Source of the DNA: an uncultured Candidatus Saccharibacteria bacterium
GTDB lineage: Bacteria > Patescibacteriota > Minisyncoccia > Minisyncoccales > Staskawiczbacteraceae
NCBI GenBank assembly: GCA_964366875.1
Contig: CAYIVF010000001.1
Location: 8,123-72,122, forward strand
Reading direction: 5' to 3'
DNA length: 64,000 bases
Numbering within the stretch: position 1 is the stretch's first letter; each line of letters opens with the position of its first letter. Below the pieces are notes generated by a model. The model saw only the letters and a list, made by a program, of their open reading frames with translations, ran no database searches and was not told the DNA's origin. Both the position numbers and the translations under genes were made by a program. Below, piece after piece: positions 46,892 through 57,076 of this stretch.

Positions 46892-47398
46892 ATGAATAGT
46901 CCAAAAGAACAATTTAGCCAGATTTACGACCAATATATTGAGAAAATATATAGGTTTGTTTATTTAAAGGTAAATTCCCAGGAAATAGCTGAAGACCTTA
47001 CTTCTAAGGTGTTTTTGAAGGGCTGGGAGGCCTATCAAAATCAGGGTGATAATATCAAAAACCCTGGCTCCTTTCTATACCAAATAGCCAGAAACACGGT
47101 CGTTGACCATTATAGGGAAAAAGGTAGGACAAAGACCATATCAGCTGATTTTGCTTTGCAAATAGCAGATCCTAAGACAAGTGCTCATGACAAAGCTATT
47201 TTAAGCGCAGATGTGTCGGTTATTAAGACAGCCATACAAGGCCTGAAAAAGGAATATCAGGATATAATAATTTGGCACTATTTAGACGATATGCCTATTG
47301 CCGAGATAGCTAAAACATTAGGCAAGCCAGCAGGAACTGTCAGGGTAATGCTGCACAGAGGATTAAAGGACTTGAAAGCTCTAATCAAAGAGGCCTAA
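46892..47398 (+). CDS. ECF-family RNA polymerase sigma factor (sigma-70 regions 2 and 4)
   Basis: 168 aa. Region 2 (IYRFVYLKV...EDLTSKVFLKGWEAY), region 4 HTH (IAEIAKTLGKPAGTVRVMLHRGLKDLK). Confidence 0.8.
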   Translation: MNSPKEQFSQIYDQYIEKIYRFVYLKVNSQEIAEDLTSKVFLKGWEAYQNQGDNIKNPGSFLYQIARNTVVDHYREKGRTKTISADFALQIADPKTSAHDKAILSADVSVIKTAIQGLKKEYQDIIIWHYLDDMPIAEIAKTLGKPAGTVRVMLHRGLKDLKALIKEA

Positions 47399-47448
47399 AT
47401 CTGTAACAAATAGGCCTGCTCTAGCGTCATAAATATAATACAGCAATT

Positions 47449-48168
47449 ATGCCAAAAATGAACGAAAAACAACTCATTGAGGCCATAAGAGAACTCAAAG
47501 AAATCAAGCCCAGACAAGAATGGGTTTCTTTAGTTAAATCTCAGATTTTACCCAACAAGACATGGAGTATTGGAAATATCTTGACGTATTTGCCGCAAAT
47601 AAATGAGCAAAGGAGATTAGCATACGCTTTTGCCACCCTTGTTTTTATAATCGTGGGTATGTTTGGATTTGCCCAGTATACAGTGCCTGGCGACTTGCTG
47701 TTTTCAGTGAAAAAAATTACAGAGTCGCAGGACCCTTTTCAGATTGCATATAACAGGTCAGAAGAGTTAGTTCAGATTTTAAAAGAGAACAAAACACAGA
47801 ATATAGCTCCTGCGGTAGGCGAGTTTAAAGCCAGCATATCTGGCGCGGCAAAGGATCTGGTTTTGAGCTTGACGCAGGACCCAAAGGTTACCCCCAATAA
47901 AAAATCACTAAAAGAAATTGCAGCCGAGGTTAAAAAAATACAGGATAATCAAAAACAATTAGAAACTTTAGGTATAGATATTAGTAAAACAGAAGAGGCA
48001 AAAGAATATGATAATGCTTTAGCTTCATTGGTTAAAAATCAGATTGAGGACTTAGAAAAATCAACTTTGGCAGAAAGCCAGCAAAAAGCATTAATACAGG
48101 CAAAGGATTTATACAGCCAGCAGAAGTATTCGGACGCATTAGAGGAAATATTGCTGATAAACAATTAA
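47449..48168 (+). CDS. Putative anti-sigma factor / membrane protein partner of the ECF sigma
   Basis: 239 aa. Single TM (LAYAFATLVFIIVGMFGFA); position immediately downstream of the ECF sigma gene. Confidence 0.4.
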   Translation: MPKMNEKQLIEAIRELKEIKPRQEWVSLVKSQILPNKTWSIGNILTYLPQINEQRRLAYAFATLVFIIVGMFGFAQYTVPGDLLFSVKKITESQDPFQIAYNRSEELVQILKENKTQNIAPAVGEFKASISGAAKDLVLSLTQDPKVTPNKKSLKEIAAEVKKIQDNQKQLETLGIDISKTEEAKEYDNALASLVKNQIEDLEKSTLAESQQKALIQAKDLYSQQKYSDALEEILLINN

Positions 48169-48318
48169 TTTAATAATGGACGAGTCGTTGTTCGTGATTA
48201 GTACGTAAAATCGCGAACCAAAAATGGTCGACCGACGAGAAATAAGTCGACCCCAGTTAAATATTTGCTAATGCAAATTTAACGGGGCAAGTATAATTAA
48301 AAGAAAAAACACACAAAA

Positions 48319-51300
48319 ATGAGTATACGAAAAACAATTATAACAACCATAGTGGCTTTAGCCGTGGTTGCAGTAGTTGCTCCTGGTGTGGCTATAGGTA
48401 CAACAATTGATGACCTATTGGCGCAAATTGCCCTATTACAGGCTCAATTAGTAGCCCTGCAAAGCGGCGGTTCAACTGGCGCTGGCACAGGCGCCTGCGC
48501 CGGAGTCACATTTACAAGAAACTTGACAGTTGGCTCAACTGGTTCAGATGTAAAATGCTTACAGCAAATTCTGAACAGCGGCGCGACTACAAAAGTTTCA
48601 ACAACAGGAGCAGGCTCACCTGGTAATGAAACAACTTACTTTGGTTCAAGAACCTTAGCAGCTGTTAAAATTTATCAGGCAGAGCACGGATGGACACCTG
48701 CAAATCAGGTAGGTCCATTAACAAGACAGGCATTAAACGCATCTCTTGGAACAACCGGTGGAACAATTCCTCCAATTATAGTTCCAACAGGCGGAGGAAT
48801 AACAATTGGTTTAGCTGCAAGCACTCCCGCTGCCGCAAATGTGCCAAAAGGAGCATTTAACCAGCCAATCACAAATATCAATTTAACAGCCGGCACTACG
48901 GATGTTAAAATATCTAAAATTACTATAACTAGGAGCGGATTGAGCGCGAATACTGATATTGATTTGGTAAAATTATTTGTTGGCACCATCCAAAAAGGCA
49001 ATGGCGCTTCACTTAATTCCAATAATCAGGCAGTATTTACTCTTACTACCCCAATTACAGTAGCGGCAAATACTACTACAGTTTTGACTGTGAAAGCCGA
49101 CATTAAGTCCACAGCTACCAGCGGAGCGACCCTTGGTTTTAACGTTGCTGCCGCAACAGATGTAGTATCTGATGCTTCAACAACAACTGGGACAGCTGTA
49201 GGAAATTTAATGAGCGTGGTAGGAACCACAATCGGTTCAATAACCATTGCCGCTGGTCCCAATAGTCCATCAAGCAACCTGGCGCCAGAAGTAGGTAACA
49301 CAGGTGTCAGAATATTGCAAATGAATTTGCAGACAGGTTCTACTGAAAACGTTGAAGTAAGGCAAGTTATTGCGGTAAAAGTTGGAACAGTCAACACTAC
49401 TGATATCAGTAAGGTTGAGCTGTATAACGATACTGACGGAGCATCTTTAGGCTCAGTTACCACCTTTGACGCAGAAGGAAGAGCTACTTTTGATTTGGCT
49501 TCTCCTTTGCTTATTTTAAAGGGTGAAAGCAAAAATCTATCTGTAAAGGTAGACATTGCTTCTGGCTCTGGCAAGACAATTTCTGCTAAAGCCAAGGATT
49601 CAGGCGCTTACACTGTTACAGCCGTAGGCAAGACCTATGGATTCGGTGTAGGATTTGCCTCTTCTACTTGGGACGGCACAGCTACTTCACAAACAATAGC
49701 TGCCGGCTCCTTGGTTGTAACTAAATCAGCTTCTACCCCAGCTACAGGTTTTGTGGCTCCAGGCGGAAGCAATGTTCCGATTACGACCTTTAACTTGGAA
49801 GCCAAGGGAGAAGGCGTAACTATTACTGAATTCAGCAACACTGTTATTTTGGGAACCGCTACATACGCTAATATAACTGCCTGTAAGTTAGTTGATGAAA
49901 GCGGCAATGTAGCCGCAGGTCCGGTAGATACAACTGCGGTTGGCACAGCTGATACCACTCACGATGATTACATCCGCTTTACAGACACCTTCACAGTGCC
50001 TTTGGGAGTTCACAAATATACTGTTCAATGTAAGCTTGCCAGCTCAATAACATCAGGCACAATCCAGATTGGCTTTGACGATTCTAACATTGAAGAGAAT
50101 GCCAGTGGTAATGACCCTTATGTGGCTATTACTGCCAAAGGAGCTGTTTCCAACGATACCATTACAGCCACTCCACAGGACTCGGATGTTTTGGGCAATG
50201 CATTAACCTTCCAGGCAGCCGCATTGACAGTTACCAACCTGACTACTCCGGTTCTGGCCAGTATTGTTCCAGGCCAGCAAAATATCCATTTTGCCAACGT
50301 TTCGCTTGGCGCGGCATCTGCTGGAGAAAACATTAATATCACCTCAATTGTTGTTACCGATGATGTCTCAGGCGCCGGCGATCCCCAAGGAGCCGACATT
50401 CAAAACTTGAGATTATTTGACAGTTCAATCACTCAGGCGAATTGTACCGGAACAGGCAGAGCATGGGATTCAACATTAACAATGTGCCGTTTGGCTCCTA
50501 TTATGCAGCCGGACAGCACTACTGTTGACACTGATGATACAACTACCTTTACCTTGAGCACGCCTTTGGTTGTTCCAAAAGCTGGTTCTTCGCTGGTAAA
50601 GGTTTACGGTGACTTCAAGTCATCAGGACCAGCCGCCAATGAAGTGCATACATTCTATGTTGCCGCAGTAACTGACATTACGGCAATCGGCGCTACCACG
50701 GGAACTACTCTGACAACCGCGATGAAGGGTTCAACTACATCAGGAACTGGACAGGCAATGACCTACGCATCCGTAGGAACATTGACCACTACCTTGGATT
50801 CAGGCAAGCCAAATTCCGCTAACATCGCAGTTGGCGACTACGGCATAACCGCTGTACCAATGACCAAGATTAAACTTTACGCCCCGACAGAAGCCGTTGA
50901 TGTTGATTATGTTAATTTAACCAGAACATCGGGCGGCACGGGCGTTCCAGCTGACATTGCTAATGTCTATGTTTATGGTAGCTATACTGGTTCCGATGCT
51001 AATACTCTTCTGGCAACTGGTACGTATACAGGCAGTTCTGTTTGGAAGTTTGATTTAACCAACTTCACTGTTCCAGTCAAAGGAACCAGGTACTTGACAG
51101 TTAGAGCTGACCTTAATGGCGTATTGAACGGCGCTACCACTGCTTACAGAGACGCGTTTGACTTGGCGGCCACAGGCGATTTGGTTGCCACAGGCCAAGC
51201 ATCCGGCACAACTATTAATGCTTCTGCCGTGGTTAACACCCAGCCAGATATGTATTTGTACAGGTCAGTCCCAATTCTTAGCGTTGTTACTCCTTCAAGC

Positions 51301-51804
51301 ACTACCTTAGTTGCTTCTAATGACCAGGAAATCATTAGGATAAATGTAAAAGCAGATTCAGCCGGCGACATAGAGTTTGTTACTGGCCAATCAAATTACA
51401 TCCGCTTTACTATGGGTGGCGCCGCAGTTGATAACGACACTACCAGCACAACTGAGAACTTTGTTCTAAAGAATGTTACCGATAATGAGACTTTAGACAC
51501 AGTAACCACAGATGTTTCTCAACTTGTGGCTGGCACTGCCAGTTTTGGTTCTGATGGAGTTGCGTATATGGTGAAGTTTGACTTTACCGACAACGCTCTT
51601 ACAATTCCAGCCGGATTAACTAAAGTTATTAAAATGGAAGCAGACCTTAATGACTTTGAAGCTGGAACCGTAAGCAACTACATAAGTGCTACCATTGCTA
51701 ATAGCGCTTCTGACTTTACTTGGAGCGATCTTGACACTGATGCCGTTGCCAACAATACCTTCTTTACTTGGCTGCCATTACAAGGTCTTACTCTGTCAAA
51801 CTAA
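48319..51804 (+). CDS. Large Thr/Gly/Ala/Ser-rich cell-surface protein with N-terminal membrane anchor and peptidoglycan-binding (PG_binding_1-like) domain
   Basis: 1161 aa. N-terminal TM; PG-binding-like segment (GSTGSDVKCLQQILN...YFGSRTLAAVKIYQAEHGW); then about 1000 aa of low-complexity Ig-like repeats. Confidence 0.65.
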   Translation: MSIRKTIITTIVALAVVAVVAPGVAIGTTIDDLLAQIALLQAQLVALQSGGSTGAGTGACAGVTFTRNLTVGSTGSDVKCLQQILNSGATTKVSTTGAGSPGNETTYFGSRTLAAVKIYQAEHGWTPANQVGPLTRQALNASLGTTGGTIPPIIVPTGGGITIGLAASTPAAANVPKGAFNQPITNINLTAGTTDVKISKITITRSGLSANTDIDLVKLFVGTIQKGNGASLNSNNQAVFTLTTPITVAANTTTVLTVKADIKSTATSGATLGFNVAAATDVVSDASTTTGTAVGNLMSVVGTTIGSITIAAGPNSPSSNLAPEVGNTGVRILQMNLQTGSTENVEVRQVIAVKVGTVNTTDISKVELYNDTDGASLGSVTTFDAEGRATFDLASPLLILKGESKNLSVKVDIASGSGKTISAKAKDSGAYTVTAVGKTYGFGVGFASSTWDGTATSQTIAAGSLVVTKSASTPATGFVAPGGSNVPITTFNLEAKGEGVTITEFSNTVILGTATYANITACKLVDESGNVAAGPVDTTAVGTADTTHDDYIRFTDTFTVPLGVHKYTVQCKLASSITSGTIQIGFDDSNIEENASGNDPYVAITAKGAVSNDTITATPQDSDVLGNALTFQAAALTVTNLTTPVLASIVPGQQNIHFANVSLGAASAGENINITSIVVTDDVSGAGDPQGADIQNLRLFDSSITQANCTGTGRAWDSTLTMCRLAPIMQPDSTTVDTDDTTTFTLSTPLVVPKAGSSLVKVYGDFKSSGPAANEVHTFYVAAVTDITAIGATTGTTLTTAMKGSTTSGTGQAMTYASVGTLTTTLDSGKPNSANIAVGDYGITAVPMTKIKLYAPTEAVDVDYVNLTRTSGGTGVPADIANVYVYGSYTGSDANTLLATGTYTGSSVWKFDLTNFTVPVKGTRYLTVRADLNGVLNGATTAYRDAFDLAATGDLVATGQASGTTINASAVVNTQPDMYLYRSVPILSVVTPSSTTLVASNDQEIIRINVKADSAGDIEFVTGQSNYIRFTMGGAAVDNDTTSTTENFVLKNVTDNETLDTVTTDVSQLVAGTASFGSDGVAYMVKFDFTDNALTIPAGLTKVIKMEADLNDFEAGTVSNYISATIANSASDFTWSDLDTDAVANNTFFTWLPLQGLTLSN

Positions 51805-51880
51805 GAGCTGATTGAAGTTTTAGTGAGAACTTAAAAACACTCAGGCCCGGATAATGCGCTAAAGGCATTAGTCCCAGCCA

Positions 51881-51918
51881 AAAACACCCCCGCTTTTTAG
51901 CGGGGTTGTTTTTTTATA
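51881..51918 (+). terminator. Intrinsic terminator (cacccccgc-ttttta-gcggggttg + tttttttat)
   Basis: GC stem followed by a T-run after the surface-protein stop. Confidence 0.75.
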
Positions 51919-51952
51919 AAGTTTTTGCTAAAATCTATTTATAATTATTAAT

Positions 51953-52117
51953 AACCTTGAATTACGAAATGACCTTCAACTCTTTGTATTTTGGTTTTGG
52001 CTACGACTTCGCAAAAATCTTTCGGCAGAATACTCTGTATATGCCTCAAAATTTTTGCTTCGTCTCGCCCGAAAACTAAAACAAAATAGTTCGGAAGGCA
52101 TTTCGTAACTCAAGGTT
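51953..52117. repeat. Imperfect 24/25-bp inverted repeats (51953-51977 and 52094-52117) flanking a 116-bp segment directly upstream of the polysaccharide locus
   Basis: aaccttgaattacgaaatgaccttc vs reverse complement of gaaggcatttcgtaactcaaggtt (23 of 25 match); right repeat ends 12 nt before ATG 52130. Confidence 0.55.
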
Positions 52118-52129
52118 AATAAAAAATTT

Positions 52130-52807
52130 ATGATAAATTTGAGGAATAAAAAACTTATTTTAGCAATTATTATTGTCGCAGTTTTAATTGGAGCAGGAGC
52201 TTTTGAGCTTGTCAAAACAAAACCCTGGCAGTCAAAACCAGAGGGGTTTCCTTATGCGATAGATTTTTCCGAAATTCAAAATATATCAGGAGAGCAATTA
52301 GAAAGATTAAAACAGAATTATCAGACAGCCAAAGAAAAATATGAAAAAGCTCCTAATAGTTTTAGCGCTTTGATGACTTTTGCTTTTGTTTATTATCAAA
52401 TAGGCGATTATGAAAACGCCCGCGACGTTTATATCAAGGTGGGAGAAAACAGCCCCAAAAACTATAATTCCTTTTGGAATCTTGGGAATACTTATATGAA
52501 ATTGCAGGATTATGTTAATGCCGAAAAGGCGTATTTAAAAACTATTGAAAACGGGCCCGACCAATCAAGGCATTATTTAGCGCTCGGAGAATTGTATTGG
52601 TATATGCCGGAAAAGAAAAGCCAGATTCCTGATTTATATAAAAAAGGCCTGGAAACACTGCCAGGCAATTATGATTTATTAATTGCTTTAGCCCAATATT
52701 ACAAAGACGCGGGCGACAAAACCAACGCTATAAAATACTATCAGGAGATAATAGAAAAATATCCGGATAGCAAAGAAGCGATTGAAGAAGAAATAAGAAA
52801 CCTTTAG
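52130..52807 (+). CDS. TPR-repeat protein with N-terminal membrane anchor
   Basis: 225 aa. TM (LILAIIIVAVLIGAGAF) then several TPR-like AxxYxxxG helices. Confidence 0.6.
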   Translation: MINLRNKKLILAIIIVAVLIGAGAFELVKTKPWQSKPEGFPYAIDFSEIQNISGEQLERLKQNYQTAKEKYEKAPNSFSALMTFAFVYYQIGDYENARDVYIKVGENSPKNYNSFWNLGNTYMKLQDYVNAEKAYLKTIENGPDQSRHYLALGELYWYMPEKKSQIPDLYKKGLETLPGNYDLLIALAQYYKDAGDKTNAIKYYQEIIEKYPDSKEAIEEEIRNL

Positions 52808-55125
52808 CGGAGGGTCTGTAAAAACTCATCTACCAGTTTTTTTGTTTCTGCCGAGTTGTTGATTTCAAGTATTTTTTGGGCTGTTTCTCTTGCCATTTTA
52901 TAATTGCCGATAACTTTATAATTATAAGCCAAAGCCGCATAGTATTGAATATTTTTTGGGTCTGAGGCAATTAATTTTTGGTGGATTTCAATGAGTTCTT
53001 CGTATTTTTTTGTTTCAAGATAAACTTTAATCAATTGAGAGAGAGAAGAAAAGGAATCAATATTATAGCGGTAGTATTGGGCTTGCGCAAAGTCCTTTTT
53101 TGTTTCTTCTGTATTATTCAGATAGATATTGGAAAGCCCTTTGAGCCACCAGCATTCTTCCATTGTCGGGGACAAATCAATGCATTGCTGGGCTATTTCC
53201 GCCGCTTGTTTGTAATCCTTGATTAAATAATATGTTTTTATACGCTCAACAAATATCTCCTGCCTCTTGAGAGAAAGTTGGCCGGCTTTTTGGAAATAGT
53301 AGTCCGCTTTATTTTTTAATTCGTCTCTTTCTTTTTGGTCTTTAGAATTTTGGAGTAGAAAATTGGCATAAATGCCGAGAGTGAGCCAATTTCTGGTATA
53401 AGTCGGTCTTATCTCTGTATTTTTTTCAAGGACGGTTACGGCTTTTTTAACCATTTTTACGCTTTCAGAAGTCGGAGTTGTTTTAAGACATTCGTTCACG
53501 GTGTTGGCATATTTAATTCCCAGATAATGGTCTAAAAAACTGCGGCTTTCCATAATTTTTTCCATTGCCGGCAAGACCTTTTGGCAACTGCCAAGTTTTG
53601 GAGCAGAGTTTATTTCTGCGTTAATTTGCAAAGGTTTTATATTGTATGTCCAGATAAACAATACAAGCGAAACAAACAATGCAATGATTATTTGGGTTTT
53701 ATATTTAATAATTTGGTTTGCGATTGTTTCTCCACTGAAGTCACGCTGATTGGCGCTGAAATTTTCAGTGGTACTTGATGAAATCAGGTATAAAGAGAAA
53801 GCGATTAGCAAAAATAGAATAAGATAACTTGAAAAGGAATCAAAGACAAAAAGATTGTTGACAAAATAGCCCAAAAAAGCGGCTTGCATGCCGTGGCAAA
53901 ATAAATAATTTTCCGGCTGCTTTTTTTTAATTTTTTGCAAGCCATAGAATAGGGCGCCAAGAACTGAAATATAAATTATTACAGCCGGGATGCCAGCCGT
54001 AACCCCGATATCAAGCAAAAAATTATGGGCTTTGTCATACCAACTGCCCCAACTTTTATCAATGTAGGGTAAAGAAGGATCGTAATGTTTGTCAAAAGCA
54101 ATTGAAAAATTTTCCGGACCCCAGCCCAAAATCGGTTTTTCTTTTATTGCTTCCAAAGAAATCAGCCAATTGGCGAAGCGGGGGTCAGCTAAAGCCAATT
54201 TTATGGAAAACCGAGACCAAGCGCCCAGAGCCATATTGTTATTTTCTAAAACTTGAGGCAACTTAGGATGAGTATTTATGTAATAGACCCCGCCGGCTAT
54301 TGTTAAAAAAATAATAACAGCCAAAATTCGCAGGGCTATAATAATTTTTTTCCATTTGGCGGAAAATGAACTTTTAGGCCAAGCAAAAATAAAATAAACA
54401 AAGCCAATCAATAAGCCCAAAAAGGTTCCCCGACTTTGAGTAAGCAAAATAACAAAAAGGAACAGTAAAAAAGAAAATAAATAAAAAATCCTTTTTTTCC
54501 ATATTTCCTCTTTTAAAAAATAAGATAAGGTTATAAAAACCAAGAGCAGGAGATAAGCAGATAATAATACAGAATTACCGATAGTTGAGCCCGGCCTACC
54601 CTCGGCTATAAAGGTTTTGCCAAGAATATTATACTGCTGGAAAACAGCAAAAATTGAGACCAAAATGCCGATGAATATGCTGAAATCCCACATTTTTTGC
54701 CAGTCCTTTTTTTGCAGAATCAAAAAGGCCAAGAGAGAAAAAATAATATAAGAGCCAAAAGTTAAAAACCCTCCTGCCCTGTGAGGGTCTCCAAAAAAGC
54801 TATAAAGAGAATCTTGGGAAAAAATAGCAGATAAAAGAAAAGTCGTGAAAAGTGCCAGTAAAAGCCAAAAATATAAAGATATTGATTTGAGTTTTAGGAT
54901 AATGCCGTTTTTTTCAGAGAGCAATTGCCGGATAAAAAGAAATAAAATTATAGAAAGAATAACTCGGAAAACAATAACCTTGCCCCAGTCGGGCGGAGAA
55001 AGCCAGGCGGGTAAGTCAAAGAACGGCAGGGCATTTAAGACAGGCAAAGCCAAAATTATAAAAAAGCCGATTAAATAAACAAGATACGATTTATTTTTAG
55101 AGGTTATTTTATTATTGATTTTCAT
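52804..55125 (-). CDS. O-antigen ligase/polymerase-like (Wzy_C) polytopic membrane protein fused to C-terminal TPR repeats
   Basis: 773 aa. More than 10 TM helices; Wzy_C-like central loop (LTQSRGTFLGLLIGFVYF); C-terminal TPR repeats. Confidence 0.65.
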   Translation of the reverse strand: MKINNKITSKNKSYLVYLIGFFIILALPVLNALPFFDLPAWLSPPDWGKVIVFRVILSIILFLFIRQLLSEKNGIILKLKSISLYFWLLLALFTTFLLSAIFSQDSLYSFFGDPHRAGGFLTFGSYIIFSLLAFLILQKKDWQKMWDFSIFIGILVSIFAVFQQYNILGKTFIAEGRPGSTIGNSVLLSAYLLLLVFITLSYFLKEEIWKKRIFYLFSFLLFLFVILLTQSRGTFLGLLIGFVYFIFAWPKSSFSAKWKKIIIALRILAVIIFLTIAGGVYYINTHPKLPQVLENNNMALGAWSRFSIKLALADPRFANWLISLEAIKEKPILGWGPENFSIAFDKHYDPSLPYIDKSWGSWYDKAHNFLLDIGVTAGIPAVIIYISVLGALFYGLQKIKKKQPENYLFCHGMQAAFLGYFVNNLFVFDSFSSYLILFLLIAFSLYLISSSTTENFSANQRDFSGETIANQIIKYKTQIIIALFVSLVLFIWTYNIKPLQINAEINSAPKLGSCQKVLPAMEKIMESRSFLDHYLGIKYANTVNECLKTTPTSESVKMVKKAVTVLEKNTEIRPTYTRNWLTLGIYANFLLQNSKDQKERDELKNKADYYFQKAGQLSLKRQEIFVERIKTYYLIKDYKQAAEIAQQCIDLSPTMEECWWLKGLSNIYLNNTEETKKDFAQAQYYRYNIDSFSSLSQLIKVYLETKKYEELIEIHQKLIASDPKNIQYYAALAYNYKVIGNYKMARETAQKILEINNSAETKKLVDEFLQTLR

Positions 55126-55169
55126 ATTATTTTATGATACGAATTAAATATACAAAACACAAGGTTTTT

Positions 55170-55610
55170 ATGAAAATCGTAATAACTTCTGGCTACTTTA
55201 ACCCGGCGCATATCGGCCATATAAACCTAATCAGAGAAGCAAAAGAGCTTGGTGATTTTTTGGTTGTTATCGTGAACAATGATAAGCAGGTAAAAGTCAA
55301 GGGAAGCGTCCCTTTTATGCCAGAGCAAGAGCGAATTGAGATAATAAAGGCGCTAAGATATGCCGATGAGGTTATTCTGTCGGTTGATAATGATAGAACC
55401 GTTGCTGAAAGCTTAAAGATGATTGCCCAAAAATATCCAGGGCAATCATTATATTTTGCCAAAGGAGGAGATAGAAATTCAGATAATATTCCAGAAAGCG
55501 AAAAAAAAGTTTGTAAAGAATTTAAAATTAAAATAATCAATGGAGTGGGGGGAGACAAGGTTCAAAGCTCTTCCTGGCTATTAACTAAAGCAAATGGAAA
55601 TAAAAAATGA
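55170..55610 (+). CDS. Cytidylyltransferase-family nucleotidyltransferase (HxGH motif)
   Basis: Track ORF from 55134; likely start MKIVITSGYFNPAHIGHINLI. GYFNPxHxGH is the signature of glycerol-3-phosphate cytidylyltransferase / RfaE domain II-like enzymes. Confidence 0.65.
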   Translation: MKIVITSGYFNPAHIGHINLIREAKELGDFLVVIVNNDKQVKVKGSVPFMPEQERIEIIKALRYADEVILSVDNDRTVAESLKMIAQKYPGQSLYFAKGGDRNSDNIPESEKKVCKEFKIKIINGVGGDKVQSSSWLLTKANGNKK

Positions 55611-57076
55611 AATTAAATATAAGAAATTTTCTTTTAGAAAATATAGGAATTAAGCAGACAATTTTAAAGAATACTTTTTGGCTGACATTAGCCGAAATAA
55701 TCAGGCGCCTTTCAAGCGTGGTTCTACTGATTTACGCCGCAAGGATTCTTGGAGCCACCGGCTACGGAAGATTTACTTTTGCTCTGTCTTTTGTTTCTCT
55801 ACTTATTGTATTAGCCGATTTAGGGCTTTACGAAATTGTTACCAGGGAATTTGTTAAGCATAAAGAAGCTGAAAAAGAATATCCTTCCATATTTTCCTTA
55901 AAGATATTTCTTAGCGCCGCCGCATTAATTATAATGCTTGTTGGTTCTTTTTTTATCACAAATGACCCGATTGTCCGCAAAGCCATTTGGCTCTTTTCTT
56001 TTTTTATCGCAATTACCAGTTTTTTTAGTTTGATTTGCGCTTTTTTCCGCGCCCGCCAAAAAATGGAATATGAGGCGTTAGCCATCGCCGTTCAAATGGT
56101 TTTAATAATAGCCATCGGATTTTTTGTTTTAATTTGGTTTCCATCTGTTTTAAATTTAATCGCCGGTTATTTAATTGCCAATCTGATAACCCTTTGTTTA
56201 ATTGTTGTTTTATTTCATTTTTTCATTTATCCTATTAAATTTGGTTTTGACAAAGCGGTTTGGAAAAAATTTCTAAAATATTCTTGGCCGTTGGCTTTCG
56301 GGCTTACTTTTGGTTGGGTTTTAATATATATTAATTCAGCGGTAATGGGGTATTTTGGTCAGCTTGCTCAAATTGGCTGGTATAACGCTGCCTATAAAAT
56401 TTTGGGAGCCATTGTTATTTCTGCTGCCATAATATCAAAAAGTTTTTATCCGGCTTTAAGCAAATTATTTAAAGAACCAAAAGAAAATTTTTTGAAAATA
56501 TGGGGGTACCAAATGGGAGCAATGGGTATTATAGCGATTCCTATCTTGGTAGGGGGCTTTATTCTTGCCCCCAAAATAATTCTATTTTTTTACGGTTCCG
56601 ATTACATGCCTTCCATACCGATATTCCGATTACTGCTTTTTATCTGTGTTGTTGATTTTATTTATTATCCCTACGCCACGGTGATGGCAATTTCAAATCG
56701 GCAAAACAAACTTTTTTACATTATGCTTGTTGGAGTAACATTAAATACTGTTTTGACGATATTGCTTGTCCCGAAGTACAGCTATTACGGAGCGGCGGCC
56801 GCGGCGATTTTAAGCTCTTTTATAGCGCTAATAACTGTAATAGCGCAGTCAGCTCGCGCGGTTCCCTTCTTTTCGGTTCCGGGGCTTTTGAAATTGTTTT
56901 TTTACAGCGCGGTAGCCAGCGGCCTGATGGCTGCGGTCATCAGCTATAAAGGCATTGGCGATTTTAATGTTCTTTTTATCGCCGCTTTAGGAATATTGAC
57001 ATATTTTTCCGCTTTATCTTTTTTTTACAGAAAACATCTAAAAACAATATTATTGGAATTAAAAACAATTAAATGA
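55607..57076 (+). CDS. Wzx-type polysaccharide flippase (MOP/polysaccharide biosynthesis protein family)
   Basis: 489 aa with about 12-14 TM helices; polysaccharide-locus context. Confidence 0.6.
   Translation: MKLNIRNFLLENIGIKQTILKNTFWLTLAEIIRRLSSVVLLIYAARILGATGYGRFTFALSFVSLLIVLADLGLYEIVTREFVKHKEAEKEYPSIFSLKIFLSAAALIIMLVGSFFITNDPIVRKAIWLFSFFIAITSFFSLICAFFRARQKMEYEALAIAVQMVLIIAIGFFVLIWFPSVLNLIAGYLIANLITLCLIVVLFHFFIYPIKFGFDKAVWKKFLKYSWPLAFGLTFGWVLIYINSAVMGYFGQLAQIGWYNAAYKILGAIVISAAIISKSFYPALSKLFKEPKENFLKIWGYQMGAMGIIAIPILVGGFILAPKIILFFYGSDYMPSIPIFRLLLFICVVDFIYYPYATVMAISNRQNKLFYIMLVGVTLNTVLTILLVPKYSYYGAAAAAILSSFIALITVIAQSARAVPFFSVPGLLKLFFYSAVASGLMAAVISYKGIGDFNVLFIAALGILTYFSALSFFYRKHLKTILLELKTIK

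Noticed and set aside
48705-51371. Long minus-strand ORFs inside the 48319-51804 surface-protein gene (e.g. 49026-49595, 49635-49958)
   Set aside because: Antisense ORFs are expected from the Thr/Ala/Gly-rich, GC-elevated codon composition of the sense gene; the sense frame has a signal anchor, a PG-binding domain and repeat structure.
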